A DNA stretch of 64,000 nucleotides from a virus. Below, piece after piece: positions 8,796 to 17,171 of the stretch. The translations under genes were made by a program, and so were the position numbers. The stretch lies in the IMG/VR virus record IMGVR_UViG_3300025914_000003, one strand, 5' to 3'. Each line of letters starts with the position of its first letter. Position 1 is the stretch's first letter. The notes below the pieces were generated by a model. That model saw only the letters and a list, made by a program, of their open reading frames with translations. It had not been told where the DNA came from and did not search any database.

Positions 8796-9151
8796 GCAGC
8801 ACGAGAGAAGTACCGCAGATGGATTGGGGCCAAGTCGTAATGAACGGTGGCCCGCTTTGTTTTGCAATCTTAGACGACGAGCGCCCGTGGTTCTGTGGTC
8901 GCGCTGAAAGGTGGGCAGGGCATGATGGCGATCACAAGTTTGTTTCGCTGCAAGATTATCTCAGCCAGCGGGAAGAGGACGTGCGGGCTGAGGTCGAACA
9001 GTTTCTAATTGCGGCGATTGAGCAGGTTGGACCATCGGAAGCGGCCAGCCTAACGCTGGGATGGCTCCAGTCAACAACGGGCAAGACGGTTCCATTTGAA
9101 GAGACGCGTAGGCGACTTCGCCGCAACGCCGCAGCGCAGGAAGGGGAGTGA
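8792..9151 (+). CDS. hypothetical protein
   Basis: ATG 8792 forms an ATGA overlap with the previous stop. The tracked start at 8744 lies inside the preceding gene. Confidence 0.6.
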   Translation: MSSTREVPQMDWGQVVMNGGPLCFAILDDERPWFCGRAERWAGHDGDHKFVSLQDYLSQREEDVRAEVEQFLIAAIEQVGPSEAASLTLGWLQSTTGKTVPFEETRRRLRRNAAAQEGE

Positions 9152-9363
9152 CGATAGTGGTTGTCATTGAGCTATTGGTTATCTGTGATGACTGTAGCGA
9201 AGCTTACGGCGGCGATGACCGTGATAAGACGGCAGCGGAGATCCGCGCTACTCGTAAACGCTATGGATGGATTCAGCAAGGCAGTAAGGACTACTGTGAG
9301 CGTTGTGCGCCTAAGCATATCAGACGTAGGAAGAACAGCAGCCGTGAAAAACGATCCCTATGA
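9148..9363 (+). CDS. hypothetical Zn-ribbon protein
   Basis: GTGA overlap at the start. Contains CDDC...CERC. Confidence 0.5.
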   Translation: MTIVVVIELLVICDDCSEAYGGDDRDKTAAEIRATRKRYGWIQQGSKDYCERCAPKHIRRRKNSSREKRSL

Positions 9364-9502
9364 AAAACTTCGTCGCGCTTATGAGGAGAATCGCGGCACA
9401 CGCTTGACCGCTGAAGACGTGGACAAGCTCATGGACGATGTGGCAATTAGGGATGCGGTCTATCAGACTCACGCTGAGGCGCAGGAAGAGGTAGGTAGCT
9501 AA
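9344..9502 (+). CDS. possible 52-aa ORF (GTG start; only the 3' half of tracked ORF 9161..9502 looks coding)
   Basis: The C-terminal half (KNDPYEKLRRAYEENRG...) looks protein-like. The 5' half overlaps 9148..9363 out of frame. Confidence 0.35.
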   Translation: MKNDPYEKLRRAYEENRGTRLTAEDVDKLMDDVAIRDAVYQTHAEAQEEVGS

Positions 9503-9711
9503 TGGCAAAGTTTCGCGTGGTGATGAAAGAACCGTTGCGCATTCCCGAGAATCCGTTCAGGCCGGGGCTTATCAATGAGTGCGTACGGCGACGTGAAGCC
9601 GTGCTTGAGGATGTCGATGAAGCGTCTGTCCGCAAACACTTCGCAGAGGCAAAGGCGATGGGTCTGCCATCGGTGAAAGGCTTCGACCTGGTTAGCGTTG
9701 AGTTAATTTGA
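9502..9711 (+). CDS. hypothetical protein
   Basis: 69-aa ORF with a TAATG junction. Confidence 0.55.
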   Translation: MAKFRVVMKEPLRIPENPFRPGLINECVRRREAVLEDVDEASVRKHFAEAKAMGLPSVKGFDLVSVELI

Positions 9712-9723
9712 GGACCAGCAACC

Positions 9724-9948
9724 ATGATCAACCACGACCTTGCAGAACGAGTGACACATGACGAGATGTGCAATACCTGCGGAGCATATGGACGACATGA
9801 CTGTGAGATGGTCCTGCTCGGCCGTTGCCGCTGGTTAATCCTTCACTATGCACACCGCTTTAACGAGGCTGATAAACTGGAAGCTCTGCCCCTGGTTGAG
9901 CAGATTGCGGGGCTATTGCTGAAGAGAGCGAGAGAAAGGGGACGGTAG
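9724..9948 (+). CDS. hypothetical Cys-containing protein
   Basis: 74-aa ORF containing CNTC...C...C. Confidence 0.55.
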   Translation: MINHDLAERVTHDEMCNTCGAYGRHDCEMVLLGRCRWLILHYAHRFNEADKLEALPLVEQIAGLLLKRARERGR

Positions 9949-9952
9949 TTCG

Positions 9953-10084
9953 ATGGTAACTGACATTGCAGAGCGAATTGCAGTGATGCGATGTGCTGCG
10001 CAGAAGGCGCAGTGTCTTCTTCAAGCAAGCGAAGAGCGCTGGTTTAGTTTGAAGAGCCGAAAGGGGATTTTAATACTTAACTAA
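9953..10084 (+). CDS. possible 43-aa ORF
   Basis: ATG 9953 to TAA 10082-10084, with a TAATG overlap onto the next gene. Confidence 0.35.
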   Translation: MVTDIAERIAVMRCAAQKAQCLLQASEERWFSLKSRKGILILN

Positions 10085-10362
10085 TGAGCAACAATCAACC
10101 AGCTTCCATTTATGGCTACTTTTCCAGCGCGGATCAAGTGGTTCCCGACTACGACCCCGGCTTAGGGGCGGCTTGTCCTGTATGTGGTAAGACACTGAGT
10201 CCTACGGACGTGCGGACTATTTCACTGATGGTCCCACAGGACTCTCGCAGCTATTTTTACCGTGTTCACAGATCGTGCCACGAGCCGTTATCTGAAAGTG
10301 AGCAGACGAAGGTGGACGGGTTGCTGATAGATGCTATCTATTCATTACGGAATACTAACTGA
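10084..10362 (+). CDS. hypothetical protein (CPVC ... H..CH)
   Basis: 92-aa ORF. Confidence 0.6.
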   Translation: MSNNQPASIYGYFSSADQVVPDYDPGLGAACPVCGKTLSPTDVRTISLMVPQDSRSYFYRVHRSCHEPLSESEQTKVDGLLIDAIYSLRNTN

Positions 10363-10365
10363 GCA

Positions 10366-11934
10366 ATGATCATGGCTAACGACAATCAACCAGTGGAGCG
10401 GAGAGTGGCGGAGAAGTCGAACGTACCCTATAGACTTTGGCTAATCACACAGGACGGATCACCCTTGCCGGGTTGGTATCGACAACCGCATGGAGATGCG
10501 CTTTACGAGATCGAGGAAGAGTTCGAGTTTGTTCGCTTCGAGCCGAATCAGCCACAATGCGGACAGTGTGGTAGACCGTTTTACCTTATCGGGAGCACTG
10601 CCGAGGCTAGCAAGTTTATTCGAGAGATGCTTGAGGGCGAGGCGCTGACCGCGATTGAGCCGTATCTTGAAGACCTTGAGCGCGCGGCGTCTCTGGTCCA
10701 CCGGCCACCCGTGAGTGAGCGGTGCGGGGAGTGTGGTCACCACGGATTTGTAGACCGAGAGGGTATCTGTCGCGCTTTCGTAAAGTGGAACAATGACGCA
10801 GGAGAGCGCGGCATCGACCTATGCGGACACAAGTGCGTTGTTCCGGCCACTGGCGCAGACTATCACGAAGGCTTTGACGATGCTGCCGCTGTAGCACGAA
10901 CACTGAACAATGTTGCAACCACTGGCACAGGCACTGGAGAGCGAGGAGAAGTTTTGCACTGGCGGTTCAGGGCTGGCGTAGAAGAAACGATGTGTGGCCT
11001 GTCGGTTCATTCTGGCGCGGGCGCGGCATTGCTGCCTGAAGCGGCGACATGCCCAGAATGCAAGGCCGCGTTCGTTGGATACAAACTTGGACGCGCTGAC
11101 GCTGCCACTCCACCCGCAGCAGCAGCCGAAGGGGAAGGACATCATTGTCCGCATTGTGGTCGTAGAATGCGGTCAGAGTTCGATGAAGATGTCGGTATCT
11201 GGTACGAGTGCGACAACTGTGACTACCGCGAAATGAAATCTTCCGCTCCCACCGCAGCAACAGCAGAAGATGCCGCGCAGGATGAAATCGATTCTCCACT
11301 ACTTGCGGGCTTGGGCCATGCGTTGTCTACGATCACCAGTCCCATCCACGATAAGGACACCATGCCCGACGTTGAGGCGGTGTGGGCTGAGTTCTGGAAG
11401 TTGAACGCGCTACTTACGAGCACCATCGCTCCCGGTGAAGGGGCAAAGGAAGCTGCGCGAAAGATTGAAGCTGAATGGTGCAAGGGCTGTAACGATCGGG
11501 AGCAGACAGTGCAAGCGATGGCGGTAATTATAGCCAAGCACTGCGCTGCGCCTGCTGAGACTGGAGAAGTAGAGCGACTGAGACGTGAACTGGAGGCGGT
11601 TCGTGCGGATCATCGTTATGCCCGCCAAGCACTGGAACTACTGCGCCAATACCGCGATAGGTGTATCGCGCTTCTTAATCCGGCCAGTGCTGATGAAAGT
11701 CTTCATGGCGCAATTCGCAACTTACAACAAGCCTATGTCGCAGAACGTGACAACGCCGTCGAAGCACGCTCCACCACCATTCAATCCTGCATCGACATAG
11801 TAAATAACGCTTCTATTATTCCCTTTGCTGGAGTGGCGTATGTGAGTAGAGATGAAGTGCTAAGAGAATTGGAAGCGCTGATGACAGGAGAGGGAGAAGA
11901 TGGGCCAACAGAAGCACGTCGTTGTTCAGACTGA
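10366..11934 (+). CDS. hypothetical 522-aa protein with at least four Zn-ribbon-like CxxC pairs and a helical C-terminus
   Basis: Contains CGQCG, CGECGHH...C, CPEC and HHCPHCG...CDNC. The C-terminal 150 aa look like coiled coil. Confidence 0.75.
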   Translation: MIMANDNQPVERRVAEKSNVPYRLWLITQDGSPLPGWYRQPHGDALYEIEEEFEFVRFEPNQPQCGQCGRPFYLIGSTAEASKFIREMLEGEALTAIEPYLEDLERAASLVHRPPVSERCGECGHHGFVDREGICRAFVKWNNDAGERGIDLCGHKCVVPATGADYHEGFDDAAAVARTLNNVATTGTGTGERGEVLHWRFRAGVEETMCGLSVHSGAGAALLPEAATCPECKAAFVGYKLGRADAATPPAAAAEGEGHHCPHCGRRMRSEFDEDVGIWYECDNCDYREMKSSAPTAATAEDAAQDEIDSPLLAGLGHALSTITSPIHDKDTMPDVEAVWAEFWKLNALLTSTIAPGEGAKEAARKIEAEWCKGCNDREQTVQAMAVIIAKHCAAPAETGEVERLRRELEAVRADHRYARQALELLRQYRDRCIALLNPASADESLHGAIRNLQQAYVAERDNAVEARSTTIQSCIDIVNNASIIPFAGVAYVSRDEVLRELEALMTGEGEDGPTEARRCSD

Positions 11935-12121
11935 TACCCGAACTTCTCCAAGTAGTAACGGTTGGCTCTATTATTACTGCCAATGTAACTATGAAGTAAT
12001 CTGCGCAGCTCACTACGATCATGGTGACTGGTTTGACTCAGATGGTTGGGCCAAAGCCGTGGAAGCGTTTGACCGTAAACATCCGCGTAAGGAAAACAGA
12101 AGAAGCCAATGGGGGCAATAG
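11900..12121 (+). CDS. hypothetical protein
   Basis: 73-aa ORF that overlaps the preceding gene end by 35 nt. Confidence 0.5.
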   Translation: MGQQKHVVVQTDTRTSPSSNGWLYYYCQCNYEVICAAHYDHGDWFDSDGWAKAVEAFDRKHPRKENRRSQWGQ

Positions 12122-12174
12122 GTGTAAAACAGCGGCTCCCAAGGCACGCAACAACTGGACGGAGGTGAAGTGAA

Positions 12175-12324
12175 ATGACAACTACATCAAATAACTTTCT
12201 TGAATCTCTTCTTACACTTGCTTTAGTAGTTCTAATAGCAGCTCTAGTATTTCATCTTGCTGGATCAGAACTATCAGCAGTAGCGAATAAGGTTGCAGAG
12301 TCTTTTCAGAAAGTGAGTTACTGA
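12175..12324 (+). CDS. 49-aa single-pass membrane protein (paralog 1)
   Basis: ATG behind GGAGGTGAAG. TM segment is LLTLALVVLIAALVFHL. Below the ORF-track cutoff. Confidence 0.45.
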   Translation: MTTTSNNFLESLLTLALVVLIAALVFHLAGSELSAVANKVAESFQKVSY

Positions 12325-12328
12325 ACAG

Positions 12329-12478
12329 GTGAAATGTGAAGATAATGCCGCGAGGATCGTTGCAACGCTTTTGCTTGTTCTAATTGCGGCTTTGGTCTTT
12401 TGGCTATTCCCTAAGTTTGATACACAGTTGCGCGAGCTTGAGCGACGGGTTAGTAAGCTAGAAAGCGAGAAGAGATGA
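12329..12478 (+). CDS. 49-aa single-pass membrane protein (paralog 2, GTG start uncertain)
   Basis: TM segment IVATLLLVLIAALVFWL shares the LVLIAALVF core with the preceding ORF. ATGA overlap with the next gene. No SD. Confidence 0.35.
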   Translation: MKCEDNAARIVATLLLVLIAALVFWLFPKFDTQLRELERRVSKLESEKR

Positions 12479-12897
12479 GCGCCGGAATGTTGTTTTGCGT
12501 CCTTTGGCTGATTGTTGGTGTAGCGGGTTTGGTCTACCTTCTGCGACGCCATATCCGTTGGTACTGGCGACTCTACATCACAAACCGAAGCCTACCGCCA
12601 CATCAACGCTGGCCGGAAATTTTACAGTGGCAACGGGGTGATAAATTTGAGGGCGGTGAACATCACTGCTCTAGACTGGTAAGTATCACGGAGGACGGAT
12701 ATGCTGTCTGTGAATTCCTAGACGATCTGACATACGTGCGATTAGAAGAGTTGATAGGCCGGAACGCCAGTGCCAGAACCCGCCGTATCAGTAAGCGCCT
12801 CGTAACATCGAATGAGTACATGGAACTACTCGAAGAATTTAACAAGGCCGTGGCAGCACTGGAAGAACGCGACCGAAAGCTAAGGATCGCAAGTTGA
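12475..12897 (+). CDS. membrane-anchored hypothetical protein
   Basis: N-terminal TM segment MLFCVLWLIVGVAGLVYLL followed by a soluble domain. Confidence 0.6.
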   Translation: MSAGMLFCVLWLIVGVAGLVYLLRRHIRWYWRLYITNRSLPPHQRWPEILQWQRGDKFEGGEHHCSRLVSITEDGYAVCEFLDDLTYVRLEELIGRNASARTRRISKRLVTSNEYMELLEEFNKAVAALEERDRKLRIAS

Positions 12898-12977
12898 ATA
12901 ATTCTTTCCTGCAAGTAGCGTGCTAGTGCTATTATGCTGTCCGATGCACGGCAAACTCTTTCCTACAGGAGACTAGA

Positions 12978-13517
12978 ATGAAACCAATTTTCTCACTATT
13001 CAGGCGGAAGTCTATGGCTGCTCTGCTATTGATTGTCGTGCTCGAGTCCGGCTGTGGTGGTTTAGCGGCAATCAAAACCTTTCGCTTAACCCTTGCCGCA
13101 TCCAGCCCGCTTGTCAACTCACTGGTCAATGCCGGCATAATCCCACAAGCCAAAGCCACCGCTATAATCACGGATTTCAACGATGGGGCTCAGTGTGGGC
13201 TGGTATTGCAGGAGATGTTCTCCGCGATTCCCAAAGACGCTCCGCCAGGTGAGGTCAAGTCTCGTAAATTCCAAGCATCACTCTCTGCCTTGCAGTGCTT
13301 CCGTGGGATTATCAATCGTCAGAACTTCGCTGCTCATCCGCGCGTGCAACAAGCTGCGAATATCGCCGAAGGCATACTCTCGTCTTTAGTGGTGTTTTAC
13401 TCCAGTACCAGTAGTAGCGCAGAGGCACGCAGCGCAACCGTTGCACGTGACGAGAAGGAACTGGAGCGCAAGTTGAAAGCAGAAGTAAGTAAACTGAAAG
13501 CGGTGATGCAACCATGA
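12978..13517 (+). CDS. secreted protein or lipoprotein candidate
   Basis: Signal-like N-terminus with ...LLLIVVLESGCGG, an imperfect lipobox. The remainder is helical. Confidence 0.65.
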   Translation: MKPIFSLFRRKSMAALLLIVVLESGCGGLAAIKTFRLTLAASSPLVNSLVNAGIIPQAKATAIITDFNDGAQCGLVLQEMFSAIPKDAPPGEVKSRKFQASLSALQCFRGIINRQNFAAHPRVQQAANIAEGILSSLVVFYSSTSSSAEARSATVARDEKELERKLKAEVSKLKAVMQP

Positions 13518-13657
13518 CGATCACTGAACAACTGATTGCGCGTCGCCTGTACGACCTGGAATGCGCGCAGCCAAACCGCACCTTCGCTAGCGACCACAGT
13601 TTTGAGGAATGGATGGAGGCAGTGTACTGCCGCCGCTCCGTAGAAGAGGAGGTATGA
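13514..13657 (+). CDS. possible 47-aa ORF
   Basis: ATGA overlap with the previous gene. Ends 1 nt before the next start. Confidence 0.4.
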   Translation: MTITEQLIARRLYDLECAQPNRTFASDHSFEEWMEAVYCRRSVEEEV

Positions 13658-13658
13658 A

Positions 13659-14141
13659 TTGTTTTTATTAATTACCTTGCTGACTCTGCTCACCTTGCAG
13701 CAACCCAACCTCCCGCCCTGTACTGTAGTTCAAGTTACGCCTGTAGTTCAGTGGCGAAAACAGCATCCAACCTTGCGATTCAATGGCTCAACAGACACGA
13801 AGCTGATGGTTACGCTCTCCTGTCCCAACAAAGAGAAACTGCTGGATGTGCCGGATGATGAATGGTCGGCGTACAACCGAGCGGAGATCATCGTGCGACT
13901 CAGCGAGTCCGCCATCGAATCTATCCGCCGCACTGCCGACATCCCGCCACTGGTTCAAGCACTTCAAGTACTTGGCAATAACGGCAGAGAGTTAACCATC
14001 CCCAGTGACGTATTTGCTCACTGGCTGAGCGGCTCCACCGAGCAACCATCAGTGCGCACCGAGATCTTCTATCAACTTACCGGCTGTCCGTGGGGCAGGC
14101 CGGGTGACATTGATGTGAGACAGTGCGTAGCAATTCGCTAA
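13659..14141 (+). CDS. hypothetical protein with a hydrophobic N-terminus (TTG start)
   Basis: FLLITLLTLLTLQQP looks like a signal peptide or membrane anchor. Confidence 0.55.
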   Translation: MFLLITLLTLLTLQQPNLPPCTVVQVTPVVQWRKQHPTLRFNGSTDTKLMVTLSCPNKEKLLDVPDDEWSAYNRAEIIVRLSESAIESIRRTADIPPLVQALQVLGNNGRELTIPSDVFAHWLSGSTEQPSVRTEIFYQLTGCPWGRPGDIDVRQCVAIR

Positions 14142-14153
14142 CCCGGCAAGGAG

Positions 14154-14384
14154 ATGTGCATGGCGATAACGCTTAAGTTCGATAACGGGCAACTGCAATC
14201 TCTAGTCGACGCAATCAACAATCAGACGGAGGTCATCAACGCCGGATTCACCGACCTTATCGAAGCACTGGACGGCGACAGGGCCGAGGAGGTCCAACGA
14301 AAGATCAACGAACTAGCTAGCGCCATCAGGACTGTCAAGGATAAACTGCAAACATCTGTAGATTCTCAAACTAAAGGAGACTGA
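14154..14384 (+). CDS. hypothetical acidic helical protein
   Basis: 76-aa ORF behind caaggag. Confidence 0.55.
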   Translation: MCMAITLKFDNGQLQSLVDAINNQTEVINAGFTDLIEALDGDRAEEVQRKINELASAIRTVKDKLQTSVDSQTKGD

Positions 14385-14385
14385 T

Positions 14386-14619
14386 ATGCCTGCTGATTTT
14401 TCACCACTTGTGACTGAAGTATCCGAACTACCCGATGTCGTGGATTCCGCCGTAGCGCTATTGGACGGCTTTGATTCCAGGCTTGCCACCGCGATCGCCG
14501 CTGATAACCTCAGTGACGATACAAACGTAGCGAAGTTCGCCGCAGACTTTAAGAGCCAAAAGGACAAGCTGGCAGATGCGGTAGCGCGTAACACCCCCGC
14601 GGCACCGCCCACTACCTAA
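14386..14619 (+). CDS. hypothetical acidic protein
   Basis: 77-aa ORF behind aaaggagactgat. Confidence 0.55.
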   Translation: MPADFSPLVTEVSELPDVVDSAVALLDGFDSRLATAIAADNLSDDTNVAKFAADFKSQKDKLADAVARNTPAAPPTT

Positions 14620-14626
14620 CGAGTTG

Positions 14627-14703
14627 CCGCCTCTCCAACAAAAGAAGCAGCGTGTACCTGGCGAGGGGAAGGGGCACGAGTTGCGGGGCCGTTGGAGAGG
14701 CGG
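14627..14703. repeat. 13-bp perfect inverted repeat (CCGCCTCTCCAAC ... GTTGGAGAGGCGG) enclosing a 51-nt GC-rich loop
   Basis: Read directly from the sequence. Lies in the 124-bp gap after the stop at 14619 and is followed by TTGACA at 14720-14725. Confidence 0.8.
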
Positions 14704-14743
14704 TATCAACTAGCAGTCTTGACACTGAAAGGAAACTAAAACG

Positions 14744-15004
14744 ATGAGAATGGTAAGAACAATGAGACTGAAACTACTGGTTCTGTCAGTGTTGCTATTA
14801 CTCACAACATTTGCCAGCCTGAGATCCCAGTCAAAGGCATCCACTCCGACTGTGATAGTCGCAGGCGGTTGCGCGATCACCTGCGCACAAAACAGGACTA
14901 TCTGCCAGAATGCCTGCAACGGCAATAGTGCGTGTTTGTCTCAGTGCCAAGCGGAGTACGAATGCTGCATGGTGCTGTGTCATGGAGGGAGTTGTAATAA
15001 GTAA
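14744..15004 (+). CDS. secreted cysteine-rich small protein (10 Cys in the last 44 aa)
   Basis: Signal peptide MRLKLLVLSVLLLLTTFASLRSQS. Mature part is ...GGCAITCAQNRTICQNACNGNSACLSQCQAEYECCMVLCHGGSCNK. Confidence 0.6.
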   Translation: MRMVRTMRLKLLVLSVLLLLTTFASLRSQSKASTPTVIVAGGCAITCAQNRTICQNACNGNSACLSQCQAEYECCMVLCHGGSCNK

Positions 15005-15042
15005 AACTTCGTGAAGGGGCCCCGAGACGCTGTGACTACCTA

Positions 15043-15333
15043 ATGCAAATTAATGGCGAATCACTGGTTAAGTTTTACGGCCCGCTTGGTTTAATCATAT
15101 TTGGTCTTGCCGTGTTTGTTTGGAAATGGTTGCTGCCGCGATTGGACAAACGCGATGAAGAGTACCGGTTAGCAATAAACGCGGCATTGAGCGATGCACG
15201 CGCTGAACGTGATTACATGCGTCAGCAACGCGAAAAGGAAGTTGACAAATTTCTGGACTCGCTCAAATATCGTGATGAACAGTTTAAGTCTATAGCTGAC
15301 GCAATTTCAGAACGACGAACCCGACAACAATGA
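15043..15333 (+). CDS. membrane-anchored coiled-coil protein
   Basis: TM segment LGLIIFGLAVFVWKWLL followed by charged helices. Confidence 0.6.
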   Translation: MQINGESLVKFYGPLGLIIFGLAVFVWKWLLPRLDKRDEEYRLAINAALSDARAERDYMRQQREKEVDKFLDSLKYRDEQFKSIADAISERRTRQQ

Positions 15334-15650
15334 CAAACCCCCAAACCCTTCATGATGCATGGCTGGCCATGACGGTTATTGTTACCCTACAAGTCGCAGG
15401 GATTGCAATTTACCTCTGGCGTATGTTCCGCTGGAGTAATCAGCGTGGATTCTTTTGGGCGCTGGCGTTGGCATTCGCGTCCATTGCCGTTGAGCAGTCT
15501 GTAGCCGAGATAAAGAATTTATATCATCAATCTCCGCTTACATCAGAGCTCGCATGGTTCTGGCTTGGTGGCAGAATACAACAGGCGGTCATATTGACGG
15601 GGGTGATCGGGTATTTAGTCTTTGGACGCGACCGTGAACCAAAAACCTAA
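15330..15650 (+). CDS. three-TM small membrane protein (holin-like candidate)
   Basis: Three hydrophobic segments in 106 aa. ATGA overlap with the previous gene. Confidence 0.55.
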   Translation: MTNPQTLHDAWLAMTVIVTLQVAGIAIYLWRMFRWSNQRGFFWALALAFASIAVEQSVAEIKNLYHQSPLTSELAWFWLGGRIQQAVILTGVIGYLVFGRDREPKT

Positions 15651-15677
15651 ACACTCATCAGTAAGGAGATATCGTGC

Positions 15678-16112
15678 TTGGAGCCCGACAACGACAGAGA
15701 CATTCGGCCCCGACCCGATCCGACTGTACTTACTACGGCGCAGCTAGATCGGGAAATCGCCCATCTGAAAGAATTGATGAACAAGGATCGGGAGTCGCAG
15801 CAAGAAGCGCTGACCGTGGCCTTGACCGCGATGGAGCGGCGACTAGGAGAATTGAACGAATTGCGGAAAGCGGTAGAAGCCGATCGCTCGCAGTTTGTTA
15901 GAATTGATGTGTACCATCCAGCACATGAAGAGTTAAGGAGACAGCGTATTAACGATGGAGAGCGTATGGTGGGAATGCAGTCTGACATTAAGACCAACGC
16001 GACCGATCTAGCCGAACTTAAATCGTCAATGATGTGGTTGTCGAGACTTGTTATCGGAGCGCTGATCCTTGCGGTTATTACTTACGCATTCCAGAGACTT
16101 TTGACGAGGTAA
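15678..16112 (+). CDS. coiled-coil protein with a C-terminal TM anchor (TTG start)
   Basis: AAGGAG lies 9 nt upstream of the start. C-terminus is LSRLVIGALILAVITYAF. The alternative GTG 15674 frame reads as Arg-rich junk. Confidence 0.6.
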   Translation: MEPDNDRDIRPRPDPTVLTTAQLDREIAHLKELMNKDRESQQEALTVALTAMERRLGELNELRKAVEADRSQFVRIDVYHPAHEELRRQRINDGERMVGMQSDIKTNATDLAELKSSMMWLSRLVIGALILAVITYAFQRLLTR

Positions 16113-16250
16113 ACCAAGAGGGATAAGGATAATGTCGCATCTCATGGCCGCTCTGCAAATTATAGTTCGAGCATCCGAGAATGCTGAGGGGCTGGGACTT
16201 GATATTTTCACTCACTGTTCGATTACTTGAAAAGGATCACGGAGTCCAGT

Positions 16251-16406
16251 ATGGATACAAATAAACCTGATAAAGACAAACCACAGCAACCAACACAACC
16301 GAGTCAGCCAACCGGACCACGCGAGCCGGGTCAGCCAGCACCTAAGCCAAAGCCGCAGGATGAGCCGTTGCCTGGAGGCGGCGATCCACAAGGACCAGGT
16401 CGTTGA
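16251..16406 (+). CDS. possible 51-aa Pro/Gln-rich ORF
   Basis: ATG behind cggagtccagt. Low-complexity sequence PQQPTQPSQPTGP. Confidence 0.25.
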   Translation: MDTNKPDKDKPQQPTQPSQPTGPREPGQPAPKPKPQDEPLPGGGDPQGPGR

Positions 16407-16414
16407 GGGCGGGG

Positions 16415-17095
16415 CTAGATAACGCGAGGTAGCGTCAACGCCCTTTCCAGTGGCCATTTACGCAATCTCTTACGTAGTGATGACGAGCAAATTCCTATTT
16501 CCTTGGCCCAAAGAAACAAAGCTTGACGCTTCCCTCTGAACTCAATTATGTTCGAGGTACACTTATTAGCGTTTTGCTCATCAACCGTTGCCCATCGTAT
16601 GTTTACTGACCACTGATTAGTAGTGCACTGGTTGCATCTCCCGCAGGAATAATGACCATCGTTATTTATGCGGTCAATTGACTTTCCTGGTGGCCGAGGG
16701 CCAACAGTGATTAAGAAAGCAGAAAAGTCAGTTCTGAGTAATTCACAAACTTGAATACCGCGACCGCCATATCGATGAAACCATTCATTACGAGGATCGT
16801 AACATCGGGTCTTCATTTTCAGCCACGATGTAAATTCGCGCGAGTGTCCTCCCCTGCGAGAGTGCCCGTGCTTGACAAATTTACTAGCCGGATCTCGGTT
16901 AAAGCACCCACACGACTGGACCATCCCACGAAACATAGAACGAGCATCGGCCACGTGTCGCATGCCACAGTCACACAAGCAATTCCAATAGTATCGATAG
17001 CTGTTAACCTCCTTCACTTTATGAGAAAAGGACTGAATTACGGTGCGATTAAATCGCAACCCTTCAAGTCCTGCGCTATACTTGGATTTAGGCAT
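16415..17095 (-). CDS. free-standing HNH/AP2-like homing-endonuclease-type DNA-binding protein
   Basis: Pattern FTSWLKMKTRCYDPRNEWFHRYGGRGIQVC...SIDRINNDGHYSCGRCNQC...WATVDEQNANK...LFLWAKEIGI...LRKRL matches a widespread phage family that I recall being annotated as HNH or AP2-like. GGAGG lies 6 nt before the ATG. Confidence 0.7.
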   Translation of the reverse strand: MPKSKYSAGLEGLRFNRTVIQSFSHKVKEVNSYRYYWNCLCDCGMRHVADARSMFRGMVQSCGCFNRDPASKFVKHGHSRRGGHSREFTSWLKMKTRCYDPRNEWFHRYGGRGIQVCELLRTDFSAFLITVGPRPPGKSIDRINNDGHYSCGRCNQCTTNQWSVNIRWATVDEQNANKCTSNIIEFRGKRQALFLWAKEIGICSSSLRKRLRKWPLERALTLPRVI

Positions 17096-17162
17096 CGGAA
17101 CCTCCGTTATAGGTTTCTGAGATGGGCCACGGCGGATCGTAACATCCTTCGTGGTCCCGCCT

Positions 17163-17171
17163 ACTATAGCA
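17163..17171 (-). promoter_or_regulatory. possible extended -10 element (TGCTATAGT on the minus strand) for the minus-strand gene
   Basis: The reverse complement of 17163-17171 reads TGCTATAGT. No convincing -35. Confidence 0.25.

Noticed and set aside
8138-8867. Three overlapping minus-strand ORFs of 138-169 aa.
   Set aside because: They lie opposite a chain of translationally coupled plus-strand genes (8126, 8323, 8466, 8792). Their products are Ser/Arg/Leu/Cys-rich with no SD or motif, so they are likely shadow ORFs.
9161-9343. 5' half of tracked ORF 9161..9502.
   Set aside because: It overlaps ORF 9148..9363 in another frame and reads as hydrophobic, Arg-rich noise. Only the 3' portion from GTG 9344 looks coding.
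14627-14703. The hairpin element considered as a tRNA.
   Set aside because: A 13-bp closing stem, no T-loop GTTCRA motif and no cloverleaf proportions.
15674-15901. GTG-initiated 75-aa ORF just after the AAGGAG at 15663.
   Set aside because: Its product is Arg/Ser/Gly-rich junk in the alternative frame of the 144-aa coiled-coil/TM protein that starts at TTG 15678.
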